Under the pieces are notes generated by a model, which worked only from the letters and a program-made list of their open reading frames with translations, had not been told where the DNA came from and made no database searches. Shown here one piece after another: positions 24,455 through 37,969 of a DNA stretch of 64,000 nt (position 1 is the first letter of the stretch; every line of letters starts with the position of its first letter). The stretch covers positions 62,620,001 to 62,684,000 of the forward strand of contig CM060734.1 of the NCBI GenBank assembly GCA_030704615.1. The letters are read 5' to 3'. A program made the translations under genes and the position numbers. This DNA comes from Takakia lepidozioides. Lineage: Eukaryota; Plantae; Bryophyta.

Positions 24455-25931
24455 ATGTCGGGGGTTGTGAATTCAAGTTCTGGGGCGGGATCGTCTGGGG
24501 GGCGGAAGAAGAGAAAACGTGCCCACGAGCGGGATAGCCAGGTCAACAAGCCAGACTACCCGGGACTGGATGCCTTGGATAGGGTGAAAGAAGTGGTAGC
24601 GGATTATTTCAAGGGTAGGGACATGATGAGGCTGGAGAGTGCTTATGTTAGGCATGGATGGGAGGGGTTTCAGATTTTCCAGCAAAATATGAAGAGAACA
24701 ATGACAAACGCTTTGGCGGGGGCTAAGTGGACGGCGGACAGGGACAAGCCGAAGTTCAATCGGTGGATCCAAAGTAGGGCGAAAGACGCCACGTGGAATT
24801 TGAGGCAGCTAATGAAGACATGGAAGGGTAGAACATCAACCAAGGATCGAGTGCCTTCTGCCGAAGCCGAGTTAATGCGGCGTGTTGAGTATTGGGTTTG
24901 CTCGGCAAGTCAGAATTCACATCGCCGGACTAGGGTTGTCCCTTGGAAGGCGGGGTCATCGGGCGGGGGAGGCACAACTGGTCTTTATTACCTGAACTCT
25001 AGTGCGAAGGTGGTAGAGATTGGCCCTTACAAAGAATGAGGGTATGCTAAGGTCCGTCACTGTAGGATTATTGGCGATTCTAGAATACCGGAGCGTTAGG
25101 AGCTAACAGGAAAAAAACCCCAAGTCCAAAAATCCAGAAAAAACGTTGAGACAACATAACGACGAGTGTTTGATAGTGAAGTTCCAGCATCCGGGTGTTA
25201 TATCGTATTTTGCTGTGAATGCACGTGAGGTAGAGGGTTACACTCGCAGGTGGAATGGGGGGACAATACGCGACATAATGAAGCTTGATAGAAAATGGGG
25301 CAACGATTCGGACAACAGGGTGATTTTGGAACAAAGGGGAACGAAAGCAGAGTTCCAGGAATGCGATCGCTTGCTTCGTTTCCGAAAAGTGCGCAGTAAA
25401 CTTCCATAGGCACTGGTGTGCATCATGGATGTTGTCCACAAGAACGGTGTCCTGCACAACGACTTGTCCCCCGACAACATCTTGTTGCATTTTCCAGATG
25501 GCACCGAGGAGATCAAGATTGGGGTGTGTGATTGGGGCTTAGCCACCCCATTGGGCATACGCAAAGTCTCGCCGTACCAGTTTGAAAACCAAGACAAGCT
25601 GGACCGGGAACTCGCGAAAAGATGGTGGGAGGAAAAAGATATTGCATCGGTTTTCAATGCGAATGCCACCCCCCCCCCCCCCCCCCTCCCCCAGAACATG
25701 ACGTCGGAGGCCTTTGCCGTTGGGAAGATAGCGGTACGAATAAATGGCGGCGTTCATTATGATCAAAATATGTCCCAGGACCAATTTACGAGATGTTGTT
25801 GGCATTCAATGCTACAAAGGTTGTACGACAACAACAAGAATGAGAGAGTGACATTAGCCCATGTAGTACTTCGGTTCATGGGCAAGCCATTCAATTGGCC
25901 TGAGCCGAAAGACGTATATAGGACGGAGTAG
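24455..25931 (+). pseudogene. Protein kinase (hAT cargo), disrupted
   Basis: G-loop region IGPYKE*GYAKVRHC, QHPGVI, catalytic loop LHNDLSPDNILL, DWG in place of DFG; stops at 25037-39 and 25407-09 plus a frameshift near 25.1 kb; basic N-terminus (GRKKRKR). Confidence 0.85.
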
Positions 25932-26014
25932 ACCATAGTCTCGTAGATATGACATTTTTTGCGGTACAATGGTTCTTTTATGAAGACATAACTCAATTTT
26001 GATCGTGCATGTAA

Positions 26015-26546
26015 TAAATAAAGTCTCATTGTAAATACTACATTGCATAAGCTCGACCCTGGCACCTGTTATCGCAACATAAATGGTTTGTGTACTAGCT
26101 CACTGTTTATATTTGTAATGTTCCAAGGTTTCGGATAGGGTTATGAGAAAACAATGTATTAGTTCCGTAGGAGTTAGACAACAAACGTCTCCTCTCATTC
26201 AACTGTGCGACACTACCATGAGAGGCATGGATCGGAAAGTTATAGGTGCATATGCGACCTTCGAACGTTTGATACTAGGTCTCTACTTAAATGTGCGGAG
26301 GTCGCATGTACACCTATTACTTTTTTATCCATGCCACTCATGCTAGTATCGCACAGTTGAATGAGATATGGAACGTTTGTTGTCCAACTCCTATGGATCC
26401 AATATATCATTTTCTCATTACCCTGTCAGAAACATTGAAACATTCGCAGTTACAAACAGTGCCACAATACACTGCCAGTTTTGTTGAAATAACATTTGTG
26501 AGGTTCGAGCGTATGCAATTTATTATTTACAATGGAATTTTATTTA
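26015..26546. ncRNA. About 530-nt imperfect hairpin
   Basis: For example ctcattcaactgtgcgacactaccatgagaggcatggat pairs with atccatgccactcatgctagtatcgcacagttgaatgag; pairing extends over arms of about 260 nt. Confidence 0.75.
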
Positions 26547-26614
26547 CTCGGGGGACCGGTACTGCTGTTGAAGCGCAACTGATGGTGCGAGTTCTCTATT
26601 GATTAGAACTGTCA

Positions 26615-26992
26615 CAACCAATGTCAACAATCATATTTACGGTAAGGTGTTTCATGCTATTGTTGTTCCTCTAGCTGAATTCTGTAGTACTCTTTTTGCT
26701 ATTCCCATGCCAACGTCCTCTGAGACTGTTATGTTCAAACGGACGTATCAGCCACCCCGGCCAACTTGCAGGTTGCAGCCATGGCCCACCATAAATTGAA
26801 TGAATTGGAGATTTTGTGCGAAGTTCCTGGTTTCATTTCCGTGGTGGCTCATACGGAATTCGGAATATGGCAGTCGTAGTGGACCTGATGTTGTTGGTAT
26901 GGGAGTATCAAAACGATTCCTAAATAATTCTGCTACATGAACATCGGCAATATGAAACACCTTGCAGTACATATGATTCTTGATATTGTTTG
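26615..26992. ncRNA. Imperfect hairpin with a 100-nt ungapped stem, homologue of 19317-19810
   Basis: 26615-26714 versus reverse complement of 26893-26992: no gaps, about 23 differences, about 7 of them G-U compatible on the + strand. Confidence 0.7.
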
Positions 26993-27287
26993 CACGGATT
27001 ATTTGTGTTTGTGCTTTCAAGTGGCGAACATTTCCGCCATGGTGCGGAAGACGTGCATTGGTCACATTAAACGGTTAATGTGATACCATTTCATAAATGT
27101 ATCACATCGCATTTGTGAAAATGGATCACATGAACCGTTCTATGTGGCCTACGGGAGTCTTCGATGGGTACGAGATCAATGTGGCCTACGAGATCTGCTT
27201 CCACCAACAAACATGTGATCATTTCAGAAGCGCTAGAACTTTGAAGCGACGATGGGCAAGGTTCTTCATCCATATGTTCAACATGCT

Positions 27288-27585
27288 GAGTCTTCTGTAA
27301 TGTCTCTTACTTCGTAATGAGGTACTTCTCCAACTCTTATTTTTCCAATGTTAATATCTTCCATCTGGAACATATCCACACATGCGTATATAACTTAAAA
27401 AACCATATGACCATCAAAACTGGAAGCTGGGGATGAGGCTTATAAAAGTTGAGATGGTCATTTGTTTTTTAAGGATTTCTGCACACATATGTGGATCTGT
27501 TCCAGGTGGAAAATATTAACATATTGGATAAAGTGGACATGGAGAAGCACCGCATTACGAGGCAGAAGACACTACAAAAAGAGCT
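27288..27585. ncRNA. About 300-nt imperfect hairpin
   Basis: atgttaatatcttccatctggaacatatccacacatg pairs with catatgtggatctgttccaggtggaaaatattaacat; outer and inner stems extend it. Confidence 0.72.
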
Positions 27586-27603
27586 TCAAATGACATACCA
27601 TAA

Positions 27604-29975
27604 CAGGTCCCAGTATAATCGAAGACGAAACCCCATTCATTCAATGGGCGATTGAATGGTTGCCCATCCAAATGATTTTCGTTTGCTTTCAATCTTTGCC
27701 ACTATGTTCAACATACCATGTATCAGGTCCCGGACTAATATCAGATCAATCGAAATTCATTCGATGGCTCAACGGATGGTTGGCCATCAAAATGATTTTG
27801 GTTCGCTTTGAGACTTGGCCACTATGTTCAATGTGCCATGTAAGAGGCCCCAGAGTAATATGAGATCAATCGAAATTCGTTCAATGGGCCAACGAATGGT
27901 TGCCCATCCAAATGATTTTCGTTCGCTTTGAAACTTGGCCAGTGTGTTCAATGTATCCTCTGATACGTCCCAGTGTAATACGAGATCAATCGAAAATCGT
28001 TCGATTGTCCAATGAGGCGTTCACTTGTCATCTGGTTTTTGTTCAATGCGAAAAAAAAATCCTGCAATGCGTGCACGGTTATTGCACCCATTGAACGGAT
28101 GTGGTTGAAGCCCCTCTTTTGCCCACATGTGCTTGAACATGTGTGCAACACATGTGCGGAGACACAACAGACGAATAAATCATTTGCCTCCCCATCGACG
28201 CGCTCCCCCCTCAAGCCATTCCACAATTTAATTGAATTTAAATTTATTTTAAGCCAATAAATAGGTTTGCACTGCCTTTCAGTGGGGATTTCTGGCACGT
28301 ATCGATTTTTTTTATTGGCTCAATTTTGTTGTGCGGCTTCCAGCATCCCACAGTTACTCCCCCGCCAAAATTTGGACCAATAAAAAATGCCCCAAAAAAA
28401 AAGTGTTCTCTTCGCTCACTATTGCAGAACTCTCTATGAAGAGTGCATGAAATTGAACACAAATCAAGTTTGGAGTGCAAAACAGCGAAGAAACTGTGGT
28501 TTTGGATCCAAATGAATTTCAATCGCTCCCAAATTTGGCAAAAAATCGTGAGCACGTGAAACACAGTCCTACAGGTCCCAAAGCAATAGCAGCTCCAACA
28601 GAATACATTCAACGGGTGAACGGATGGTTGCCCATCCAAATCATTTTTGTTAGCTTCCAAATTTTGCCAGCACGTTCCAGACACCCTCTCACAGGTCCCG
28701 GACTAATATCAGATCAATCGAAATTCATTCAATGGCTCAACGGATGGTTGGCCATCGAAATGATTTTGGTTCGCTTTGAGACTTGGCCACTATGTTCAAT
28801 GTGCCATGTAAGAGACCCCAGAGTAATATGAGATCAATCGAAATTCGTTCAATGGGCCAACGGATGGTTGCCCATCCAAATGATTTTCGTTCGCTTTGAA
28901 ACTTGGCCAGTGTGTTCAATGTACCCTCTGATACGTCCCAGTGTAATACGAGATCAATCGAAAATCGTTCGATTGTCCAATGAGGCGTTCACTTGTCATC
29001 TGGTTTTTGTTCAATGCGAAAAAAAATTCCTGCAATGCGTGCACGGCTATTGCACCCATTGAACGGATGTGGTTGAAGCCCCTCTTTTGCCCGCATGTGC
29101 TTGAACATTGAAACATGTGCGGAGACACAACAGACGAATAAATCATTTGCCTCCCCATCGACGCGCTCCCCCCTCAAGCCATTCCACAATTTAATTGAAT
29201 TTAAATTTATTTTAAGCCAATAAATAGGTTTGCACTACCTGTCAGTGGGGATTTCTGGCACGTATCGATTTTGTTTTTGGCTCAATTTTGTTGTGCGGCT
29301 TCCAACATCCCGTGGCTACTTCCCCGCCAAAATTTGGACCAATATAAAATGCCCCAAAATTTTTATTTATTTTTGCTCACTATTGCAGAACTCTCTATGA
29401 AGAGTGCATGAAGTAGAACACAAATCAAATTTGGAGTGCAAAACAGCAAAAAGAAACTGTGGTTTTGGGTCCAAATGAATTTTGATCGCTCCCAAATTTG
29501 GCACGCACGTTGCATATGGCTACATTACACGCCCCATTCAAAAATGGAATGAAAAAAAAATCGCGAGCACGCGAAACACAGTCCTACAGGTCCCAAAGCA
29601 ATAGCAGCTCCAACAGAATACATTCAACGGGTGAACGGATGGTTGCCCAACCAAATCATTTTTGTTAGCTTCCAAACTTTGCCAGCACGTTCCAGACACC
29701 CTCTCACAGGTCCCGAACTAATATCAGATCAATCGAAATTCATTCGATGGCTCAACGGATGGTTGGCCATCGAAATGATTTTGGTTCGCTTTGAGACTTG
29801 GCCACTATGTTCAATGTGCCATGTAAGAGGCCCTAGAGTAATATGAGATCAATCAAAATTCGTTCAATGGGCCAACGGATGGTTGCCCATCCAAATGATT
29901 TTCGTTCGCTTTGAAATTTGGCCAGTGTGTTCAATGTACTCTGTGATACGTCCCAGTGTAATATGAGATCAATTG
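27604..29975. repeat. Higher-order tandem repeat: 120-bp monomers within about 970-1015-bp units (about 2.4 copies)
   Basis: Monomer starts at about 27604, 27724, 27844 and 27964; the block recurs at about 28572 and 29587. Confidence 0.9.
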
Positions 29976-30413
29976 AAATTATTTTGTGCTTTGTGTTCGT
30001 AGAAAGATCATAGATTTTGCGAAATGATTATGAAATACGCAGGGACCAGGCGAAATTTGTTTGGAAGAGGACCGTTCGTAACTCGTTATAATTTATTTGT
30101 TAACATCAATTTTCCTTGTTCTACAGCTTTCGGAGTTCATTGCAAATACCCATATACACGTCATGACCAAATATGACACCATTGTAAATTTGTTTACAGG
30201 GTGAACTACTTCTTCCCCATCACACGAGTGTAAATGTGAAGAAAACGCTGCTCATGCAATTGAAATTGGCAGGTGCCGCACATGTGCATTGTGTATTAAC
30301 AAAATTGGTGATATACAAACTTGGCGGAATGCCATCACTGTGTTTTCCAACAATATTCAAGGTACAACAAAAATGCATATTGTATATGTACTATGTTGCT
30401 AGTCATTCAAAGC

Positions 30414-32645
30414 CTAGTCGTCACTGTCCGAGGATGTGGAATTGGATGTTGTGGCCTGATTTGCACTGCCAATTGCCAGAGCTTGCGTCCGTGATCTCGT
30501 GGTCAATGAGGGGCTCAATGGCATGTGATCAATTATGGCCTGCATCCGCCTACTTCGCGACGAAAGTTGATTTTCTTCTTCACTCTCACGACGTGACGGA
30601 GGTGGATCGAGAACAAGTGCTCGGGCTGCTTGCAAATCGGCAACGAGGCCGTCCACATCCGCCAATACAGCCCCCGAAACACGATGATAACGGTCTGTCC
30701 ATAATCGTCTCCATTTCTCTACAACTGCCTTGATGGTACTTTTGAAACTTTCCAACTGCCTCTTGCGCGGCCCTGTCCCTAATCATTGTGTCGTTTCGAT
30801 GATAAGCCGCTCCGTACACATCATTCATTCGGCGTTGACATATTATAGCATCTTCCAGTTCGGACAGCAACAAATGTCTCCCAATCGGTTGTCGGTTATA
30901 CAATTCGTTCTCCTCCGGCACCCATGGAACCTGTGGGAGCCGGATAAACCTGGACCTTCTTTGACTCCAATGCCCTCCCAGATTGCGGCAAAACTGCTCT
31001 CTCTCCCACCAATCTCGAATACCTCCCGCACGTATGGTTATCTCCCAATCAGATGTGACCCAGAAATACTGGGGATCTTTGATGTATGCCGGGTTTCCGG
31101 CATGTATGCCATGCATCTCTCTGTCTGCATCCCATACCAAGTTCTTGCCCCAATGCACACAATTCAAAAATGTGTATGGTAGCCAGGTTGTGTCGATTGT
31201 GTTCAAAACCTATGGGCATCCGATCCTCCAAGCCCATCAGCTCATAGAAACGGCGATGGATTAGTGTACGGCATTCTGGGCAAGCGCTCGTCCGCAAGGC
31301 TTGCGGGATAAGACATGTGAGATGGAACATATGTCCATATGATCCAAGCACATGACATCCCTCTGGGCCGTATGGATTCCTACACATCGAACAAACTGTG
31401 CCATCTGATATCCATGATGGCAAAACGCCTTGTGGTATCTCCTCCCTCTGGGCCGGTTTGATGTGGCTGGTCATCTTGGTGTCCCACTCTTCCTCTATCT
31501 CTAATTCCCAGTTTATGCTTCTGTTGGACCCCAAAATTCTGTGTTCACATCGATCGAACATAGAATCCACATCTGCCCCAATTGGTATACCCGACGAACA
31601 CGCTTGATGCGATGCGGAGATCGTTATACCTTTGCATGTTGGTATAAATGCTATACACGCTACGGTTCGACAAGCGTGCGACACGTTGCAAGCCTGACAG
31701 TGTCCGCTCTACCGGTGCTTCTCTGGAGGCCAAATGGGTCGCCCATTATACCCAATTCTCCCAATCATCATTCAATGGGACCCATGCCTGAATCTCCAGC
31801 GTTTTGGACAAGCGCCATGCAGTTGCCATGGCAATGTCTCGCTCCTTTGTAACGCGGTCGATATCTAATATCGGGTTCATCTCCGATTGAATGGCGATCC
31901 TCGAGCATTCCCCAGTTTCCAGTACTGGTTCTTTTCTTTTCCTCCTTCTCTCATCCGCAATTCGTTGTTCCTCAACCACGGTTTCATTGGCCACAAGGTC
32001 AAGAACGTCCGTAACTTCCTGAATGATAAGGTCAATACTGCGATCGGGCATCGCAAACTCCGCGTCCATATCCACGACATTTGTTCGATCCTCATTGTGG
32101 ACAACAGTGCCTTCATTGTTTGGAGACATGTCTTGCAATGTAGCTTCCAACTCGGCTATGCGCAGTGGTTGCCAGTCTAGTCGGTCCTGCAGGGTCCTGA
32201 TTCGTTGGTCTCTTTCCGCCAGTTGTTCCTCTAACGTTGCAGCCGGTTGTATTCCGAACGTGTCCGGGATGTACTCCAAATCGTATAGCAACCTTGCGTT
32301 CCTCCTACTAGCAGTTTGTCAATTCACTGGACGCAAGAGTATGACATCCACGTACAACATGGCTGCCAAGGTATACGAGATTTGACCCTTTAAGAGAGGT
32401 TGACCCCACAATGTGCAATGCACCTCATTCGCCCTATGCTGGAAATGATCGTTCGTGCAAGACCTGGACTCTGCGTAATTGTTTCGGGTTTGCACGTCAT
32501 GCATATCCAAAGGCCACAATCGATTGATGTGGTACCATTTCACGAATTTTTTGTATCTCGCCATCGGCCACCATAACTTTTCCGGAACATTCTGCCAGCC
32601 CTCTTCTGTTAGTATGCTAGGGTCACCAAATACTTCCCAATTCAA
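30414..32645 (-). pseudogene. RING-H2 finger protein (candidate E3 ligase; hAT cargo), frameshifted
   Basis: CSMCRNPYGPEGCHVLGSYGHMFHLTCLIPQALRTSACPEC (third ligand C>Y); overlapping collinear ORF pieces include a coiled-coil and an ERRRKRK basic patch. Confidence 0.7.
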
Positions 32646-33092
32646 AGTCTTGCCTTGACCCTTTGATTTTCTTAGGTGGGGTCATCTCTTCCATGATGGT
32701 CATTGTACTGGCCCTCTGCCATTCTACAACAATCGGAGCAACACTAAACGAGGTTTTCTAAAAAGACGTAACTCTAAACCCTTCCCCTGTTAAATAGGTT
32801 TGAGTAGGTGTCAAAATACTTCTTAAAAGCTAATTTTGTAGAATAAAATGATCCTGGAAGCCAGAGGAGGGCCTATGGGAGCATTCTGCAACGAACTCAC
32901 AGAAATCGCGGCAAAAAATACCCCCCACCCAACCAATGGCCTCCTTCTCCACGTGACTACGTGTCGTGGAATAATAAAATGCCACGCACACAGAAGTTGT
33001 GTGGAGAGGAAGTGAGGGGAGAATAAGCCTCCCTTGGCTTATATCCCCCTCCTCCCCTCATTTCTCAGGCCACGTGCATGGCGAATCTTCTA

Positions 33093-34692
33093 GAAGCGAC
33101 TTCCAATTTGGCGGTCGCTCCATTTTCTGGGAAAAAAAGAAAAACGACCGTAACAACAAGCGGTCGCTCCATTTTCCGGAAATAAAAAAAATAAGCGACC
33201 GCCAACATAGGCGGTCGCTTCATTTTTTTTAAAATAAAAAAAATAAGCGACCGCCAACATTGGCGGTCGCTTCATTTTCAAAACAATTAAAAAAAATAAG
33301 CGACCGCCAGCATTGGCGGTCGCTTCATTTTCAAAAACATTTAGAATAAATAAGCGACTGCCAACATAGGCGGTCGCTTCATTTAAATTTTAAAAAAAAA
33401 AAACAAAAACGACCACTGGCATAGGCGGTCGCTTCATTTAAAAAAAATTAAAAAAAATTAGCAACCGCCAGCTTTGGCGGTCGCTTCATTTTCAAAATAT
33501 TTAGAATAAATAAGCGACCGCCAACATAGGCCGTCGCTTCATTTTCAAAAACTTTAAAAAAAATAAACGACCGCCAACATAGGCGGTCGCTTCATTTAAT
33601 TTTTTTTAAAAAAAAAGCGACCACCAACATAGGCGGTCGCTTCATTTTTAAAAAATTTAAAAATAATAATCGACCGCCAACATAGGCGGTCGCTTCATTT
33701 TCAAAACATTTAAAATATATAAGCGACCGCCAACATAGGCGGTCGCTTCATTTTCAAAAACTTTAAAAGAAATAAGCGACCGCCAACATAGGCAGTCGCT
33801 TCATTTTAAAAAATTTAAAAATTTTTAAAAAAAATAAGCGACCGCCAACATTGGCGGTCGCTTCATTTTTAAAAAATTAAAAAATTAGCGACCGCCAGCA
33901 TTGGCGGTCGCTTCATTTTCAAAACATTTAGAATAAATAAGCGACCGCCAACATAGGCGGTCGCTTCATTTTCAAAACTTTAAAAAAAAATAAACGACCG
34001 CCAACATAGGCGATCGCTTCATTTAAATTTAAAAAAAAAAAATAAGCAACCACCAACATAGGCGGTCGCTTCATTTAATTAAAAAATTAAAAAAAATAAA
34101 ACGACCGCCAACATAGGCGGGCGCTTCATCTTAAAAAAATTAAAAAAACTAAGCGACCACCAGCATAGGTGGTGGCTTCATTTTCAAAACATTTAAAATA
34201 AATAAGCGAGCGCGAGCATAGGCGGTCGCCTCATTAATTTTTTTTAAAAATAAATAAACGACTGCCAGCAGAGGCGGTCGCTTTATTTTCAAAACGTTTT
34301 AAAAAAATAAGCGACAGCCAACATAGGCAGTCGCTTCATTTTCAAAAACTTAAAAAAAAATAAGCGACCGCCAACATAGACGAGCGTTTCATTAAAAAAA
34401 AATAAAAAAAAATAAGCGACCGCCAGCATAGGCGGTCGCTTCATTTTCAAAACTTTTAAAATAAATTAGCGACCGCCAACATAGGCGGTCGCTTCATTTC
34501 CAAAATAATTAAAATAAAAGCGACCACCAGTAATGGCGGTCGTTGCATCTTAAAAAATAACCATCACAGCGACCGCTATAAATGGCGGTCGCTGCATTTT
34601 GTAAAAACAAAAACCGCCAGTAATGGAAGTTCACTCCTTGCTCCATGCGCAGGTCACACTTAGTAGAAGCGACCGCCACTTTGGCGGTCGCT
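33093..34692. repeat. Internal array of about 30 AAGCGACCGCCAACATAGGCGGTCGCTTCATTT palindromes with poly-A/T linkers
   Basis: Directly visible, period about 49 bp. Confidence 0.95.
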
Positions 34693-35476
34693 CCATTTAA
34701 ATAAAAATGAATGCACAGTTGGAAGCATGACACAATTGTTCTCCATTCCACAAGCAAATTACCGAACACAAACATGAGCAAGTGACGGTGCCTTTGGCCG
34801 ACATTTTGGCTGGTATATACATGGGCAACATCTTTTATTTTCCAACACATACACAACAACAATACAAATACTCATAGTGACAATGATCACATTGGTATTA
34901 TTTCAGTACAGAAATATAAACATGTGTACTAAAAAGTGCGGATGCATGCCTACAACTGTTTTGCTTCAATTTATTCTTCTGCTTCGACGGCGGGACGAAG
35001 AAGATCCTAATCATAATGCTCCGATGGGTTGAAAATCCGGGACACCCTCGACTTCACCACCGTTGTCATGATGAGTGCTGGAATCGTCCTCCCTATCCGA
35101 CCTCATATGTCTAGGCCTTTGAATCTGCAAGCGACCTCGAACCACATTTAGTTCTCTCTGAGGTCGACTCCCGCTCCAGTCTTGAATACCATCCACGGTA
35201 TCTGGCCTGTTTGTGGGCCGATCGCCTACAAAAGGTTGGACTGTTCTCTGTCGTTTATGGACTTGGGACGCAATCGAAGGTGGTCTCGAGGGAGGTATCG
35301 GAGGGGGGACTGCCCGAGATGGATCGGCATTAGATGGTCCGGCATGTGAGGAACTACGGGTCTGCTGCGCAACACGTCGGTTAAGGTGGAATTGTAGTGG
35401 CAGGTTGTCATCATCCGAGGCTTCAACTTCCGCCCGGTCCAATGCAGCATAATGATGCATGCGTATGGAAAATAGA

Positions 35477-37969
35477 TCAACCCTGTTGCTTCTTAATGCC
35501 CGCTGTGTTGATGGGGAGCTGGATCGGTTTTGGCATTGTGGTGGTGCTGGTCGTATTGGTGAGGTTTGATCCCGTCCCCGTCGACTGTACAATGGGTTCG
35601 ACACCATCGTTGATATGAACAGAGTTGCGTACGTCGATCGGTCCTGGCAGTACATCACCCCTAAGCTCCATTGGGGCACTACCGGTGGCTTCAGCGTATA
35701 GTGGGGGGCAAAGGTCGACCCCAACTTCATTTTGAGGACCATGTTCTGGGGATGACACAATTGCAGCTTCACCTTCATCTGCGATACGCACTTCTTCAAG
35801 AAGGTCATCAAAGGTCGGCTGGATATAAGCATCATCCTCTGTGAATGTAAACGGGTCATACGCATTTTCGGGAGCATCATCGGATCCATCTACACTATCG
35901 GAGGCAGATGATTCCCTCTGAGATGATTCTCTCTGAGGCTCAATATCGTTACTCATCGAATCAGCCTCAGAAGCAAAGTCTTCGGAATGCAAATTCCTCT
36001 CATACCATGCTGCAGCATCATCCGCTGCCCTCTCACGTAGCAGTCGGCAATTGGTATACACATACGCCAATTTATCAGCCCTCGCGAGATTCAACCTGTT
36101 GCGAATCTTGTTGTGAACAAGTGAGTAACTGCTCCAATTGCGTTCGTAAGATGAGGCAGAGCACACTTGAGCAAGAATACGCTTCGCAATGGGAGCCAAT
36201 GTTCTTGCTCCAGCTCCAATCAAATCCCACCATTCATGTGGCAACATATTGAGCTCTTTGGGATCCGACATGTCCTCAAAAGGGTCGCGGCGATCTGAGA
36301 AGCATTGGTACTCGGATATAGCTCTCTCTGCATGGGTCGGCGGAGCCAGTCGCATGAGCACTCGCACGAGGCCGGCCTTGGCATCAGCGTTGTCTCGGAG
36401 CATGGTATTGTCGAGCAAAAATGGATTGAGCAAAGCCCCCGCATAATGCAAGTCCGTTCGAACCATCGAACGACGGTCGTAAAATGCATCCTCAACACTG
36501 TCCGCAAGTTCAAGTTGCAAGGAGAAGGGAGGATGCCTCAAGGATTGGACGTGCTTCTCAAGATTTTGCATTAATAACCATGTCTTGCCCATTACTGGTT
36601 GCTTTCCATCAAACTCCCGCAAGACGATTAATACCGGCTCAACCATATAAACAAAGTTTTCACATTTCTTCCAGAAATCATCGCTGCGAATGCTATTTCA
36701 AACTTTTCGATTTTTGCCCAATGACTTGGCTTTTCTGGAGTCCCGCAATGTCCGTGTGTACGCATCCCATTGAGGATCGATGATGGTGTGCTCCAGACTG
36801 CTCTTCACCGTCACCAACCGATCTACCATCAAGAAGTTAGTGGCAAAACGAGTTTCACCTGGATTGCAGAGGTTGTATTTGGGTTCGTGCCTCCTATATA
36901 TTGAAAAAGGGATGTGGTGTGTGCGGATGAACGACACAATAGTCTTCGCTCGCTTGACAAGTTGTTTCACCCATTGTTCTTTTCCCCAATCTTTCAAAAG
37001 GAGGTCAACGATATGAGCAGCACAACCGTGATAGTACATATGAGGATAACGTGCCAACAACATGTCTGCAGTGTTTCTCATGTTAGCGGCATTGTCTGTG
37101 CATATTTGCACGATTCTATCACTTCCGACCTGTTCGATGAAGTCCGTAAATAGTTGACATTGATAATGTCCATCTTTCTTCTCGCCGCTAGTGTCCACCG
37201 ATCCCAAGAATTGTTCCCTAGCTGGACATACAAGCATGACATTGAACAACGGTCTGTTTGTGACAGAACTCCAACCATCGGCACATATAGTGCTTCCATA
37301 TTTTCTGATACACTCGTCCGTCCTATCGTTGACATTTTAGGTAAGCTCGGTCATGACGTCTTCTAGCAATCATGTACGGAGATTGTGATAAGTCGGAGAC
37401 ACGTACGTGGATCTGGACTCCGAGGTTGCTCTAACAACATAAACAAATGCCGGAAGCCTTGCCACATTAAATGATATATTGGCCTCGAAGAAAAACTGCG
37501 TCCATTTTTTATTCAACTGTCTTTTCGCAGACAAGTTAAGACCTTCTTGCATGGATTGCTGCCGTAATCCTCTACTCTGTTGAAATGTAGGGGTACAAAG
37601 AGGTGTTGAAGCAGGTGTTGCTCCGGCACAACCCACTTGTCCAAGGACATCCGAAGCTCCACAAGAGTCGCCCTGGGTACTAATCGGGGCATCCTGATGG
37701 GAAGATGGAGTGTTCTGCTCAGAGGTCATGTCCAGATCCAAAGACATTGGAATATTGCCTCCACAATAGGCAAAGTGGCTTTTTACCCGTATGAATGCTT
37801 TGGGGCATAAACCTACCCCAGCGCTCTTCACACCTTTATAGCCGAGGTTAGCGAACAATCGATCTTTACGATAAAAAAGCTTTAATCCACATAGGTTGCA
37901 CTCAACACTACCAGTGACACTGACAGTGTTCATGATTGTTGTATACCAAGGGCTTCATTCCTCCCTCAT
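35477..37969 (-). pseudogene. hAT transposase (BED-like finger, DUF659 region, C-terminal dimerisation domain), disrupted
   Basis: CNLCGLKLFYRKDRLFANL; IVQICTDNAANM; HGCAAHIVDLLLKDWGK; PGETRFATNF; EWWDLIG...LAPIAKRILAQVCSASSYERNWS; several stops and frameshifts. Confidence 0.93.

Noticed and set aside
26599-27065. Pair of convergent paralogous small proteins (ORFs 26599-26799 + and 26748-27065 -; also 19636-19902 -)
   Set aside because: The similarity is explained by the inverted repeat; differences are largely non-synonymous and partly G-U compatible, favouring RNA structure
33093-34692. CRISPR array (palindromic repeats with spacers; also 23555-23832 and 38415-40062)
   Set aside because: Spacers are short, low-complexity A/T runs that resemble each other; no cas genes; eukaryotic hAT context
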